From: Alphaproteobacteria bacterium
GTDB taxonomy: Bacteria; Pseudomonadota; Alphaproteobacteria; SP197
DNA: 64,000 bases
NCBI GenBank assembly: GCA_965228895.1
Contig: OZ245842.1
Span: 1,792,001-1,856,000, forward strand
Direction: 5' to 3'
Shown piece by piece: positions 52,282-62,433 of this stretch; position 1 is the stretch's first letter; every line of letters starts with the position of its first letter. The position numbers were made by a program, and so were the translations under genes. Under the pieces are notes generated by a model. It had not been told where the DNA came from, ran no database searches, and saw only the letters and a program-made list of their open reading frames with translations.

Positions 52282-53868
52282 CTAAACGACGCCGAAATCG
52301 CGGAACAGGTAACTCTCGCCCGACGGCGAAAGGGCGGGCGCCAGGTTGTCGCGATAGAGGAACGCGTTGACGCCATGGGTGACAAAAATATAGGCGCCGT
52401 CTTCCTCCATCATGTCCTGCATCTGGACATAGATGTCGTTGCGCTTCTGGGGATCGGTCTCGGCAACGGCGGCCTCGTGCAGCGTCGCATAGTCGGAACT
52501 GTTCCACCGCTCCCAGTTCCATTCGCCGATCTGCTCGGGCACGAACCAGGCGGTCGCCCAGAACGGATCGGGCGCCATGGAGTAGTTGTTGTAGATCATC
52601 TGCAGATCCTTCCAGGCGTCGCCCTCGGCCTCGATACCGAGGGTCCAGAAGGTGCCGGAATCCATGGGCAGAACCTCGACGTTGATGCCGATCTCCGAAA
52701 GGTTGGCCTGGATCACCTGGGCGACGGCCACTTTGTCGGTCGTGCTCTGGACCGAGAGCGTGGTGTCGAAACCATCCGCCAAGCCGGCTTCGGCGAGCAG
52801 CTCGCGCGCCTCATCCAGGTTCCTTTCGTTATAGATGTTGTTGTCACGGTGACCGATCAGGCCGGGCGCGATAATGCCGGTCGAGCGTTCGGCGACACCA
52901 AAGAATGCGGCTTCGATGATTTGATCGACATCGATGGCAAGCTGGATGGCACGTCGAACCCGCGCGTCGTCGAACGGCGCATGGTCGACGTTCATGCGGA
53001 TCCATTCGTAGTTCAGGGGCGGGCGCACCATCATTTTGGTGTCCGGCGGCAGGTTAGCCTCGAACTGGGGCACCGAGCTGATGGCGATCTGGGTCATGTC
53101 CAGATCACCAGCCTCATAACCGACCTCGGCGGTCTTCTCGTCTTCGATCGGGTAGATCTCGATGACGTCGAAATAGGGTTTCTTGCCGGGCCAGCCGTCA
53201 TGGCGCTCCAGCACCAGCTTCTGGCGCTGATCCCAGGATCGGATCTTGTAGGGACCGGACTGCGCCGGCGGCGTTGTCGTGAAGATCTTGTCCGGCAACT
53301 CCTCGACCGCCTTTTTGCACACGATGGAGCCGGAGCCGTAAGGCATGGTGCTGCGGAACAACGGTGCGAACGGGGCGCTAAGATGGATAACGCCGTTGTA
53401 CTTGTCGATGATCTCGACGGTTTCCAGGGTCGACCAGTCAATCGCGGCCCAGGATTCCAACGCCCCAAGACGCTCGAAGGAGTACTTGACGTCTTCGGTC
53501 GTGAGTTCGCCGTAGCCGTCGGTCCACATGATGTTCGGCATCAGGCGGAACTTGATATCAGTCGGCGAGCTGACGTCGATTTCTTCGGCGGCCTCAAGCT
53601 GCCAATCCCACTCGCTGCCCGGCTTGAATCCGACGAGCTTGTTGAAGATCGCCATCATCACGTCCTGGTCGGCGGACGCGGCGGGGCTATAGGGGTCGAT
53701 GCTTTGGATGTCGGAGTTGCTGCGCACACGAAGGACCTTCTCACCTTCAGCGTTGACATATCGAGGTGCTGCCATCGCGGCGGCCCCCGCCAAAGCGCCA
53801 CGCATGACGCCACGGCGTGTCGCCGCAAACCGACGAGCCCAAGAGTTGTCGAACGTTCTAAAACGCAT
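52282..53868 (-). CDS. Family 5 ABC substrate-binding protein (Tat signal)
   Basis: TRRGVM Tat motif; TTEDVKYSFER, SGPYKI, PFDDARVRRAI. Confidence 0.9.
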   Translation of the reverse strand: MRFRTFDNSWARRFAATRRGVMRGALAGAAAMAAPRYVNAEGEKVLRVRSNSDIQSIDPYSPAASADQDVMMAIFNKLVGFKPGSEWDWQLEAAEEIDVSSPTDIKFRLMPNIMWTDGYGELTTEDVKYSFERLGALESWAAIDWSTLETVEIIDKYNGVIHLSAPFAPLFRSTMPYGSGSIVCKKAVEELPDKIFTTTPPAQSGPYKIRSWDQRQKLVLERHDGWPGKKPYFDVIEIYPIEDEKTAEVGYEAGDLDMTQIAISSVPQFEANLPPDTKMMVRPPLNYEWIRMNVDHAPFDDARVRRAIQLAIDVDQIIEAAFFGVAERSTGIIAPGLIGHRDNNIYNERNLDEARELLAEAGLADGFDTTLSVQSTTDKVAVAQVIQANLSEIGINVEVLPMDSGTFWTLGIEAEGDAWKDLQMIYNNYSMAPDPFWATAWFVPEQIGEWNWERWNSSDYATLHEAAVAETDPQKRNDIYVQMQDMMEEDGAYIFVTHGVNAFLYRDNLAPALSPSGESYLFRDFGVV

Positions 53869-54042
53869 GGCATATTCTCCGCTGGATTTTTCGAGACGAT
53901 CGCCGCGCGCGACCGGGACTGTGTCATGCTAGGGCTTGTTATGTAGTCTTACAACGAAATGCGATGTCTGCGGACCACGTGTGCCAAGGATCTCGCTGAC
54001 AACCATCCGTTCCCTTTCGCCCCCTTGTTCAAGAGGTCCGCC

Positions 54043-55539
54043 GTGGACGACAGCAGTGCGATTGATGTGTCGCCCGATACCTTTCAACGCCTTGGCCATG
54101 AGGTGGTCGAACGTATTGCCACGCACCTGGCAGCGACTCGCGATCTGCCCGTCGCGCCCGACACCTCGCCCGGGGCGTTACGTGAACAATTGGGTGACGC
54201 CGGCATGCCCGAGGACGGCGGCGATGCCGCGGCTGCCTTGTCCGGCATCGCCGACCTGTTGTTCGCCAACACCTGCCTCAACGGCCACCCGCGCATGTGG
54301 GGCTACATCACCGGATCGCCGTCGCCGATCGGCGCGTTGGGCGACCTTCTTGCCGCCGCCGCCAACCCCAATGTTGCCGGCTGGAACGGCGCGCCACTGG
54401 CGACAGAGGTGGAGAATCAAACTGTTAAGTGGATTGGTGAATTAGTAGATTTTTCAAGCAATTGTGACGGAATTCTAACGTCAGGCGGCAACGCGGCGAA
54501 CTTCGTCGCCTTGTTGGCCGCGCGGCGGGCGAAAGCCGATTGGGATGTGCGTGCGGAGGGCATGGCGGGCCGCCGCATGACGGTCTACGCGACGTCGGAA
54601 ACCCACGCCTGGCTCGACAAGGCGGCCGATCTCTTTGGATTGGGAACCCAGGCGGTTCGACGTGTCGATACGGACGCCGGCCTGCGCATGGATATCGATC
54701 ATTTGGCACGGCTGGTCGGTGGCGACAGGACTGCCGGCGCTACCCCGTTTCTGGTCGTCGGCTCGGCCGGGACGACGGCGACCGGCGCGGTCGATCCGTT
54801 GCCGCAGATCAGCGCATTCTGTCGCGACAACGACCTTTGGTTCCATGTCGACGGTTGTTATGGCGCGCCGGCAATCCTGGATGAGAGCGCGCCGGCGGCG
54901 CTTGCCGGCATGGCGGACGCGGACTCGCTGGCGATCGATGCGCATAAATGGCTTTACGTACCGCTGGAAGCAGGGTGCACGCTGGTACGTGACGAACGTG
55001 TGTTAACCGATACATTCGCCACCAATCCCTCCTACTACGCGATGGCGTCATCGGATGGTGGCGAACCGGTCGTGGACTACTACGCCATGGGTATCCAGAA
55101 CTCCCGCGCCTTTCGTGCGCTCAAGGTTTGGTTGACGTTGAAGCAAATGGGAAGGGCCGGCTATCGCCGGGCGATCTCCCGCAACATCGCGCAGGCGCAA
55201 CTGATGTTCGGGGCGCTTGCGGAAGCTGACGACTTCGAGATCGCCACGTGCCAGTTGAGCATCACGACCTTTCGCTACGTGCCAGGCGATCTGGCGGACC
55301 GGCGGGGTGAACCCGCCGTTGCGGACTATCTGTACGATCTCAACGCCGCGCTCATGGTGCGCGTCCAGCGCAGTGGTGATCTCTATCTCTCCAACGCTGT
55401 GGTCGACGGCAGGCACCCGCTACGTGCCTGCATCGTCAACTTCCGCACGACCGATGACGACGTTCTCAGTGTGCCCCGGCGTGTGCGCGCTATCGCTGAG
55501 CCGCTCGATCAGGATATGCGGCGCGACCGCGCGTTCTAA
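54043..55539 (+). CDS. Group II PLP-dependent decarboxylase (AADC-like)
   Basis: HPRMWGYI, SGGNAAN, HVDGCYG, DAHKW; GTG start after AAGAGG. Confidence 0.92.
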   Translation: MDDSSAIDVSPDTFQRLGHEVVERIATHLAATRDLPVAPDTSPGALREQLGDAGMPEDGGDAAAALSGIADLLFANTCLNGHPRMWGYITGSPSPIGALGDLLAAAANPNVAGWNGAPLATEVENQTVKWIGELVDFSSNCDGILTSGGNAANFVALLAARRAKADWDVRAEGMAGRRMTVYATSETHAWLDKAADLFGLGTQAVRRVDTDAGLRMDIDHLARLVGGDRTAGATPFLVVGSAGTTATGAVDPLPQISAFCRDNDLWFHVDGCYGAPAILDESAPAALAGMADADSLAIDAHKWLYVPLEAGCTLVRDERVLTDTFATNPSYYAMASSDGGEPVVDYYAMGIQNSRAFRALKVWLTLKQMGRAGYRRAISRNIAQAQLMFGALAEADDFEIATCQLSITTFRYVPGDLADRRGEPAVADYLYDLNAALMVRVQRSGDLYLSNAVVDGRHPLRACIVNFRTTDDDVLSVPRRVRAIAEPLDQDMRRDRAF

Positions 55540-56762
55540 CGCTTAATCCGGGCGCCGCCATGGACGTGGCTGGTGCTGCCGACTGATAGGATGGCGACCA
55601 GGAAAAGGCCGCCGGTCAGCCAGAACATGGTGGCCGCGCCGAACGTGTCGAGCACCCACCCGAAGACCGGCGGTGCCGTCACATAGGCGGCCTCCATCGC
55701 GACGGTCATAAAGGCAAAGACCTTGCCGGTCTCGCCCGCCGGGGTGACGCGGCGCACGATCAGGTCGCGCGACGGCGGCACGATACCGGTGGTCAGGCCG
55801 ACGGCGCCAACCAGGACCAACAGGCCCGCCGTGCCGACATCAAGTTCAACGACCAGCACGACAAGGACCGCGGCGATGCCGAAACAGAAACTCGCGACGG
55901 CGCCGTGGTGGTGGGTGTGGTCGGCGACCAGGCCGCCGATCAAGATGCCGACCGCGCTGGCGGCAAAGAAAATGCTGAGCGCGAAGTTGGCGGTTGAAAG
56001 CGGTGTGCCGTGGTATTCGTAGAGCGCGGCCGGCAGGAAACTGTCGAAGCCGATATGGGCGATCGAGATGATCAGGAAAAACAGGAAACACATGATCATC
56101 GGCGGCGACAGCAGGAGCGACAGGCCCGACAACAGCGGCGGCTTCTTGCCGTCTGCGCGCGGTTTGACGTGTCCGGCTTCGCGCTCGTCCCTGAGATCGC
56201 GGCCGTTGACCAGATAGAGCAGGCCCATGGCGATGCCGATGACGCCCGAGACGATCATGGCTGAGCGCCAGTCCCACATGACGAGAGCCAGGCCGATGAC
56301 CGCCGGCGCGACGGCAAACCCGACATGGCCGGCGAAGGTATGGACGCTGAAGGCGCGGCCCAGCCAGCGCGGCGGCACGGTCGCGGACAGGATCGAATAG
56401 TTGGCCGGGTGGAACACCGTGTTGCCGAGCGCATTGGCGATCATCAGGAAGGCAAGCTGCCAATAGGTCGTGGCGAAACCCATGCCCAGCACCGACAGGC
56501 CCAGCAGCACCATGCCGGCGACAAGCACGTAACGCGCGGGCACCCGGTCGCACAGCACGCCGACCGGCATCTGCATGACCATGGCGACAACACCGCCAAT
56601 CGCCATCAAGATGCCGAGTTCGGCATAGTTGACGCCAAACTCCGTGGTCCAGACCGGAAACAGCGGCGGCAGCAGCAGAATCAGGTAGTGGTTGATGCCG
56701 TGCCCCAGGCTGACCAGGCCGACCGACCTGACCGGGCGCGTGCTCATGGTGGCGACTGTCAT
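55536..56762 (-). CDS. MFS transporter (Fsr-like)
   Basis: GHGINH, GNTVFHP; about 12 hydrophobic segments. Confidence 0.88.
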   Translation of the reverse strand: MTVATMSTRPVRSVGLVSLGHGINHYLILLLPPLFPVWTTEFGVNYAELGILMAIGGVVAMVMQMPVGVLCDRVPARYVLVAGMVLLGLSVLGMGFATTYWQLAFLMIANALGNTVFHPANYSILSATVPPRWLGRAFSVHTFAGHVGFAVAPAVIGLALVMWDWRSAMIVSGVIGIAMGLLYLVNGRDLRDEREAGHVKPRADGKKPPLLSGLSLLLSPPMIMCFLFFLIISIAHIGFDSFLPAALYEYHGTPLSTANFALSIFFAASAVGILIGGLVADHTHHHGAVASFCFGIAAVLVVLVVELDVGTAGLLVLVGAVGLTTGIVPPSRDLIVRRVTPAGETGKVFAFMTVAMEAAYVTAPPVFGWVLDTFGAATMFWLTGGLFLVAILSVGSTSHVHGGARIKR

Positions 56763-57694
56763 CGTGCGAGCCTAAGCCGGCGCGACAGCGTGGGCCAGAG
56801 TTGCGCGATCAAGACGCCGCTGATGATCAGCAAGCCGCCGATCAAGTGGCCGGTCGTCGGCTGGTGGCCTTCCAACATCGAAATCAACACGACCACGATC
56901 GGCACCAGATTGCTGTAGATGGTGGCGATGGTGACGCCGATGCGGCTGACACCCCAATGCCAGGTGAACAGCGCGATCGAGACCGGTCCGGCGCCGAGGT
57001 AGAGGACAAGCAGGATTTCACGCCACGTGAAACCCATGCGGAAGTCAGCCACGCCGGCGAGCGTCAGGAAGGGCAAAGCCACGAGCAACGTCAGCCCGCC
57101 AATGGCGATCGTGATGGCGGTAATGCCGAGCTGACCCACGTTCGGCATCCAACGTTGTGCGCCGGCGGAGTACCACGTGAACATCGCGATGCCGCAGAAC
57201 ACGAGGAGCTCGCCGCCGCGAAACTCCGCGGCATCACTGCCATCGGGCACCGACGCCAAGACACCGCCGGTAACCGCGACCGCCGCGCCGCACAAGACCG
57301 ACGGCAAGAGGGGGATGTGAAAGACAAACCGCGCCATGAAGGCCGCAATGATCGGCGAGGCTGCGGCGATAATGGACGAGGAGACGGCGCCGGAATACTT
57401 GATGCCGATGGTCATCAGGACCGTCGACACGGCGATGCCGAAGACACCCAGAAACAGACTCATTTTGAGCGGCACGCCCCTCAAGATTCGGCCCTTCGTC
57501 TGCACCATGTAGGCGGTCAGCAAGAACAGCGTGCCCGACAGCAAACGGCCGGCCGTCAGGTAGTACGGATCCCACGTCGCCAGCAGCTCGGCGGTCACGA
57601 TGAAGTGGGTTGCCCACACCGACGTGCCCGCGGCGAGGACCAGATTACCGGCTAGTTTTTGGCGCGCGGTATAGGAAACGGCCGCTGAGGACAT
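56759..57694 (-). CDS. DMT/EamA family transporter
   Basis: About 10 transmembrane segments in a two-repeat EamA pattern. Confidence 0.85.
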   Translation of the reverse strand: MSSAAVSYTARQKLAGNLVLAAGTSVWATHFIVTAELLATWDPYYLTAGRLLSGTLFLLTAYMVQTKGRILRGVPLKMSLFLGVFGIAVSTVLMTIGIKYSGAVSSSIIAAASPIIAAFMARFVFHIPLLPSVLCGAAVAVTGGVLASVPDGSDAAEFRGGELLVFCGIAMFTWYSAGAQRWMPNVGQLGITAITIAIGGLTLLVALPFLTLAGVADFRMGFTWREILLVLYLGAGPVSIALFTWHWGVSRIGVTIATIYSNLVPIVVVLISMLEGHQPTTGHLIGGLLIISGVLIAQLWPTLSRRLRLAR

Positions 57695-57745
57695 GAGGGC
57701 TGCTTACGCCGCGCCATTGGGATTTGGCAAGTCTTTCCTTGCTAT

Positions 57746-58489
57746 TTATGACATCAAACGCTCGCCGCAAGACGCCAGGATATCGGCAACGCCGTCGCCG
57801 ACACCTTCGCCGCGCCGGTCGCTGCGGATGTAGATGCCTTGGGTCTCGTCGGCGTAATTCTTCATGATCCGCTCGACCTCGGCCTCCGGCCACACGGGTG
57901 TTGGCACGTAGACGGCCGATATGCGGATGTTCATGGATGCGGCCTGACGCGCCAGGCTGTCGGCCAGCGCGTCATCGACACCGGGCGTGTAAAGATCGTC
58001 GACGCCGCCGGGCAGCTGGTCGGTGATCAAGATGACGATGCGCACGTCGCCTTCGAAGGTGCCGTTGAAGTCGCCGATTCGGTACTGGCCGTCGGGCGGC
58101 AGGCGGTTGAGCACGGTGGCCAACGCGTCAGCCGACGCTTCGGGAATCTGTTCGCCGCCCGCCGCGCCCAGGCGTGAGAGGTTGTGGGCGACGGATTCTT
58201 TCTTCGTCGATGGGGTCGGGCTGGCGTTGAGGTCGTCGAGAACCTGAATGTACTCGCGAAACACCACCAGGCCGAGACGGTAGTCACCACCCGAGAGCTG
58301 TTCGATGTCATCGAGTAGACCGATCGCCTGGCGCTGAATGCTGAGCAGGGCACCCCACATGCTGCCGGATACATCCAGGACGAAGACGACATCCATGGAG
58401 CCGCACTGGCGTTCCGGCTGCTGAGCTTGGGTCGCCGTCGTGAAGAGGCTCAGCATAACTGCGGCCGCGATGGAGGAAAGCCAGTTCAT
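57746..58489 (-). CDS. Secreted vWA domain protein
   Basis: Signal peptide; DVVFVLDVSGSM MIDAS, GGEQIPEA, ILITD. Confidence 0.85.
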   Translation of the reverse strand: MNWLSSIAAAVMLSLFTTATQAQQPERQCGSMDVVFVLDVSGSMWGALLSIQRQAIGLLDDIEQLSGGDYRLGLVVFREYIQVLDDLNASPTPSTKKESVAHNLSRLGAAGGEQIPEASADALATVLNRLPPDGQYRIGDFNGTFEGDVRIVILITDQLPGGVDDLYTPGVDDALADSLARQAASMNIRISAVYVPTPVWPEAEVERIMKNYADETQGIYIRSDRRGEGVGDGVADILASCGERLMS

Positions 58490-58560
58490 GGTGCCGACCA
58501 TCTTGCCACAGGTCTGGCACACATCCATGACAACCCTGGCAAGCCATTCAGCGGACCGGT

Positions 58561-59640
58561 TCAGGGAGGCGGGGTGTTCCAGGCGCGGAACGGCTTGCCG
58601 CAGGAGGCCTCCAGGCGTGCGGTGTAGTCAGCCAGCATGGCGGTGCCGGGCATGTTCCTGACGTCGAGCTCGAACGCCCAATCGCCCGCGAGATCGGGCA
58701 ACTGATCCGCCCAGAACCGGCGTTCGGAATCGCTCAAGTGATGAAGTTTGGCGCCGCGGTCGACCATTGTCTCGACCGCCGACTGACCGTAATCGGTTTG
58801 CGAGATGGACAGTTCGCGGCCATAGGCTTCGGCCGCCTCGCGTAACGCGATCTGGACACTCGGGCGTTGGCGGTCGAACCACTCGCGGTTAGCGACCAGG
58901 CCGCCCTCGTAGAGGGCGCCCAGGCCGGCGTCGGTCAGGTAGGGCGCGTCGCCATCGAGCGACAGTCGTTCGATATCGGCTGCATGGGTAATGACGCCGT
59001 CGATCTTGCCGGTTGCCAACCCCACTGCAAAGGTTCGGTCATCGCCGGCCAAAGCCGTGGCGCCGGTTCCCTGCAACCATTCAACCGCGAGTTCCGGTGT
59101 CGAGATCACCTTTCCATCCAAGTCATCAAGCCGTTCTACGGGTGAGGTCGTGGCGAGCAGATAAGGGCCTTCAGCATAGCCGCCGCCCAGGTAGACCAAA
59201 CCGTGACTTGCCCATGCCAGGTCGAGGGCGTCGTACTCGTTGTTCATGGCGTCGATCACCGGACCGATGACGGATGGGGCATCACAGGAAAAGGGCGTCG
59301 CATAACTGACGCTGAGCGGATAGAACGACCAGGGATGGCGGGTCAGGGAGACAAGCGCCACCTGGACCTCGCCCGACGTGACGAGGTCAAAGACCGCACT
59401 CGGTTCGTCGGCAGGTGTCACGGTTGTCCGGTGCCAGCGCACCGGCGTGCTCGACTGGTCGAGGGCGGCGGCAACATGCCGCTCAAAGATGGTGGCGAGC
59501 ATTCGCGTCGCAGGTGCATTTTCGTTTTCGGCAACCGCGAGTGTGATCTCAAGGTTGGCGCCCAACGTGTCGCTGCCGGTCACCAAGACGCCAACCAGGA
59601 CGACGGTCGTGAGATATCTGCTTAGCACGCGCGCCAGCAA
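58561..59640 (-). CDS. TRAP transporter DctP-like substrate-binding protein (divergent)
   Basis: PVERLDDLDGK, LATGKIDG, ANREWFD...Q.ALREAA; no DctQ/M nearby. Confidence 0.7.
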   Translation of the reverse strand: MLARVLSRYLTTVVLVGVLVTGSDTLGANLEITLAVAENENAPATRMLATIFERHVAAALDQSSTPVRWHRTTVTPADEPSAVFDLVTSGEVQVALVSLTRHPWSFYPLSVSYATPFSCDAPSVIGPVIDAMNNEYDALDLAWASHGLVYLGGGYAEGPYLLATTSPVERLDDLDGKVISTPELAVEWLQGTGATALAGDDRTFAVGLATGKIDGVITHAADIERLSLDGDAPYLTDAGLGALYEGGLVANREWFDRQRPSVQIALREAAEAYGRELSISQTDYGQSAVETMVDRGAKLHHLSDSERRFWADQLPDLAGDWAFELDVRNMPGTAMLADYTARLEASCGKPFRAWNTPPP

Positions 59641-59647
59641 AACCGGC

Positions 59648-60340
59648 CTACATCAAGTTCAGTTGGCGAAGGCTGGCATGACCGCTGCGCGCGACGACAA
59701 TATGATCGTGTACGACAATCTCGACCGTCTTCGCGGCAGTGACGATTTCGCCGGTCATGGCAATGTCGGCCCGGCTTGGCGTCGGATCGCCGCTGGGGTG
59801 GTTATGAACCAGGATCAATGCCGTCGCACCCAGTTCGATGGCGCGCTTCACCACTTCGCGCGGATAGACCGGCGTATGGTCGACCGTACCCCGCTGTTGA
59901 ACCTCGTCGGCCACCAGGCGGTTCTTCTTATCCAGGAACAGGATACGAAACTGCTCCTTTGCCTCGAAGGCCATGGCAGCGCGGCAATAGTCGATGACAC
60001 TCTCGAAGCTGCCAAGAATGGGGCGCGCTGCGAGCTCGCCCTTCAGCATTCGTGCGGCGGAGGCTTTGACCGTCATCAGCGCAATGGCTGTGTTCTGCTT
60101 GACGCCTTTGACCTCCATCAGCCGTTCCGGTTCGGCCGCGATGACCTCGGCAAAGCTGCCGAAGCGTTCAATCAGGTTCTTGGCGAGTGGTTTGACGTCG
60201 CTTCTGGGAATGGCGAAGGTCAGAAGCAATTCCAGCAGTTCATAGTCGGGCAGGCCTTCGGCGCCGTCGCGCAGAAAGCGCTGTCTCAACCGTTCGCGAT
60301 GGCCATGGTAGTGCGGCGTTTCCTTGGTGCCATCGGCCAC
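59648..60340 (-). CDS. radC: RadC/JAB domain protein
   Basis: [39 protein letters not shown]. Confidence 0.93.
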   Translation of the reverse strand: MADGTKETPHYHGHRERLRQRFLRDGAEGLPDYELLELLLTFAIPRSDVKPLAKNLIERFGSFAEVIAAEPERLMEVKGVKQNTAIALMTVKASAARMLKGELAARPILGSFESVIDYCRAAMAFEAKEQFRILFLDKKNRLVADEVQQRGTVDHTPVYPREVVKRAIELGATALILVHNHPSGDPTPSRADIAMTGEIVTAAKTVEIVVHDHIVVARSGHASLRQLNLM

Positions 60341-60351
60341 GAACTTATGGC

Positions 60352-61170
60352 CTAGACGTAAGGGGGCAGCTCGTGACCGGCGGGCGACAAGGTGAACACC
60401 TCGACGCCATCGGATGTCACGCCGATCGTGTGTTCCCACTGCGCCGACAGAGACTTGTCGCGGGTCACTGCGGTCCAACCGTCCTCAAGGATCAGGACAT
60501 CGGGCCGGCCCAGGTTGATCATCGGTTCGATGGTGAAGAACATGCCTTCTTCCAACGCTACGCCGGCGCCCGGTCGGCCATAGTGCAGAACGTTGGGCTG
60601 GTCATGGAAGACCTGACCGATGCCGTGACCGCAGAAGTCGCGGACGACACTGCAGCGCTCGCTTTCGGCAAAGGACTGGATGGCATGGCCGATATCGCCC
60701 AGAGTCGCGCCTGGCTTCACGGTCTTGATGCCGCGCCACATGCACTCAAACGTTATCTCGACCAGACGCTCGGCTTTGCGTTTGACCCCGCCAACCGGGT
60801 ACATGCGGCTGGTGTCGCCATGCCATCCGTCAAGGATGACCGTGACGTCAATGTTGACGACGTCGCCTTCGCGCAGCGTCTTGTCAGCGCTGGGGATGCC
60901 GTGACAGATGACGTGGTTGATCGACGTGCAGATGGATTTCGGGAAACCCCGGTAGTTAAGCGGCGCCGGTATCGCGCCGTGGTCGACGATATAGTCATGA
61001 CACAGCCGGTCCAGATGTTCGGTCGTGACGCCGGGCGCGACATGGCTGGCGATCATGTCGAGCGTCGAGGCGGCCAGGTGGCCGGCCGCACGCATCTTCT
61101 CGAACGCGTCAGGACCGTGAATCCGGATCTGGGATTCCGGGTTTCGTTCCGCCCGCTTTAGCTGTTGCAT
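60352..61170 (-). CDS. map: Type I methionine aminopeptidase
   Basis: CHGIP, NIDVT, HGDTSR, GHGIG, TIEPM, AQWEHT. Confidence 0.96.
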   Translation of the reverse strand: MQQLKRAERNPESQIRIHGPDAFEKMRAAGHLAASTLDMIASHVAPGVTTEHLDRLCHDYIVDHGAIPAPLNYRGFPKSICTSINHVICHGIPSADKTLREGDVVNIDVTVILDGWHGDTSRMYPVGGVKRKAERLVEITFECMWRGIKTVKPGATLGDIGHAIQSFAESERCSVVRDFCGHGIGQVFHDQPNVLHYGRPGAGVALEEGMFFTIEPMINLGRPDVLILEDGWTAVTRDKSLSAQWEHTIGVTSDGVEVFTLSPAGHELPPYV

Positions 61171-61192
61171 CGCCGGTCTCCGGCCCCGGGGG

Positions 61193-61891
61193 TCATAAGT
61201 GAAGGGGCACCGCTTTATCTAGGACGATTTCGTCCGGGGTCAATCTACACGAATAGGCAAGGGCCTCAACGCCGCGCGCCATGGCGTCGCGCAGAGCGGC
61301 CGCGTAGGTCGGGTCAATGTCTTCGGCGACGGCGAAGCCCGGGCAGTCCATCCGCTGGATCACATAGAAGACGGCTGCGCGATGGCCGGCCTCGACCATA
61401 TTGGCCAATTCGCCCATGTGTTTGGCGCCGCGCGCCGTGACGGCGTCCGGAAACTCGGCCAGCTTGTCACGTTTCAAATGACAGTTCTTGATTTCGACGT
61501 AGCAGGACGGCCGGCCGGCTTGTTCGAGCAGGATATCGATGCGCGAGTTGACGCCATACTTGACCTCACGCCGTAGCGTTTCATAGCCGGTCAGTTCCGG
61601 CACGGCACCGGCCTCGATGGCCTCGGCGACCAGGCCGTTTGGGTGGGACGTGTTGATGCCGACAAGCCCGCCATCGGCATGGGCCAGTTGCCAATCCCAT
61701 TTGAGCTTGCGTTTGGGATTGTTGGCCGGCGACAGCCAGGTCTCCATGCCCGGTTCCTTCAGGCCGATCATGCCGCCTGGATTGGCGCAATGGGCGGTAA
61801 CCGTCTCGCCCGATTCCAACTCGTGATCGGACAGAAAGCGTTTGTAGCGCTTGATCAGCCGGGCTCGCTCGAGAGGGTAGGGGAACTGCAC
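61193..61891 (-). CDS. sfsA: SfsA nuclease-family protein
   Basis: RYKRFL, HCANPG, SRID, EIK, FPDAVTARG.KH. Confidence 0.94.
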   Translation of the reverse strand: MQFPYPLERARLIKRYKRFLSDHELESGETVTAHCANPGGMIGLKEPGMETWLSPANNPKRKLKWDWQLAHADGGLVGINTSHPNGLVAEAIEAGAVPELTGYETLRREVKYGVNSRIDILLEQAGRPSCYVEIKNCHLKRDKLAEFPDAVTARGAKHMGELANMVEAGHRAAVFYVIQRMDCPGFAVAEDIDPTYAAALRDAMARGVEALAYSCRLTPDEIVLDKAVPLHL

Positions 61892-61906
61892 CGCAGGTGC
61901 TCCAAA

Positions 61907-62431
61907 CTATGGCGCTGGTTGAACCGAGGGTTGGAAGATCATGCCGGGCTCATCAGGTGGCGGTTTTTCCGGAAGTGCCGGCTGAGGCTCGGCGTAGAAC
62001 ACGAGGCCGGAGCGTTCCTCGATCGTCGCATCTTCTTTGGACAGCCTCACCATGACGTCAGTCGCCATTTCCTGCGCCGTATCTGCGGCTTCCTTAAGCC
62101 TGACAGCGGTGTCGCGGTCCCAGTCCAGCACATAGGCGCGCGGCTCGATCTCGCCCTCGTGGCGCAGCCAGATATAGATTGCCACACCTTCGCGAATATC
62201 GGCGCCGACCAGCACAGCACCCTGATGAAAATCTCTGAACCACTCCATGGTGATTGGCTTGGGCCGGCCCATCAATCCCATGGCATCGATATACAGAAGC
62301 GGCACGAGAACCGCCAGCGCGCCAAGCGCGGCCAGCTTGCGCCACAGCTTGCCGCGCGCACGGATCGCCGACCAGGCCAGTATGGCCATCAGCACAAAGG
62401 TCGCGGCAAAAAGACCGGTCACGAAATCCAT
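61907..62431 (-). CDS. Hypothetical membrane protein (2 TM plus soluble domain, Pro-rich tail)
   Basis: ATG 2 nt after the upstream stop; two hydrophobic helices, GRPKP, IYIWL...EPRAYVL. Confidence 0.75.
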   Translation of the reverse strand: MDFVTGLFAATFVLMAILAWSAIRARGKLWRKLAALGALAVLVPLLYIDAMGLMGRPKPITMEWFRDFHQGAVLVGADIREGVAIYIWLRHEGEIEPRAYVLDWDRDTAVRLKEAADTAQEMATDVMVRLSKEDATIEERSGLVFYAEPQPALPEKPPPDEPGMIFQPSVQPAP

Positions 62432-62433
62432 GA

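Noticed and set aside
53960-53990. Sigma54 promoter (TGGCAC on the minus strand) for the SBP operon
   Set aside because: The GC of the -12 element is 2 nt off the required spacing.
59648-60340. radC as a marker of a mobile or defence island
   Set aside because: Lies in an sfsA-map-radC housekeeping context with normal composition.
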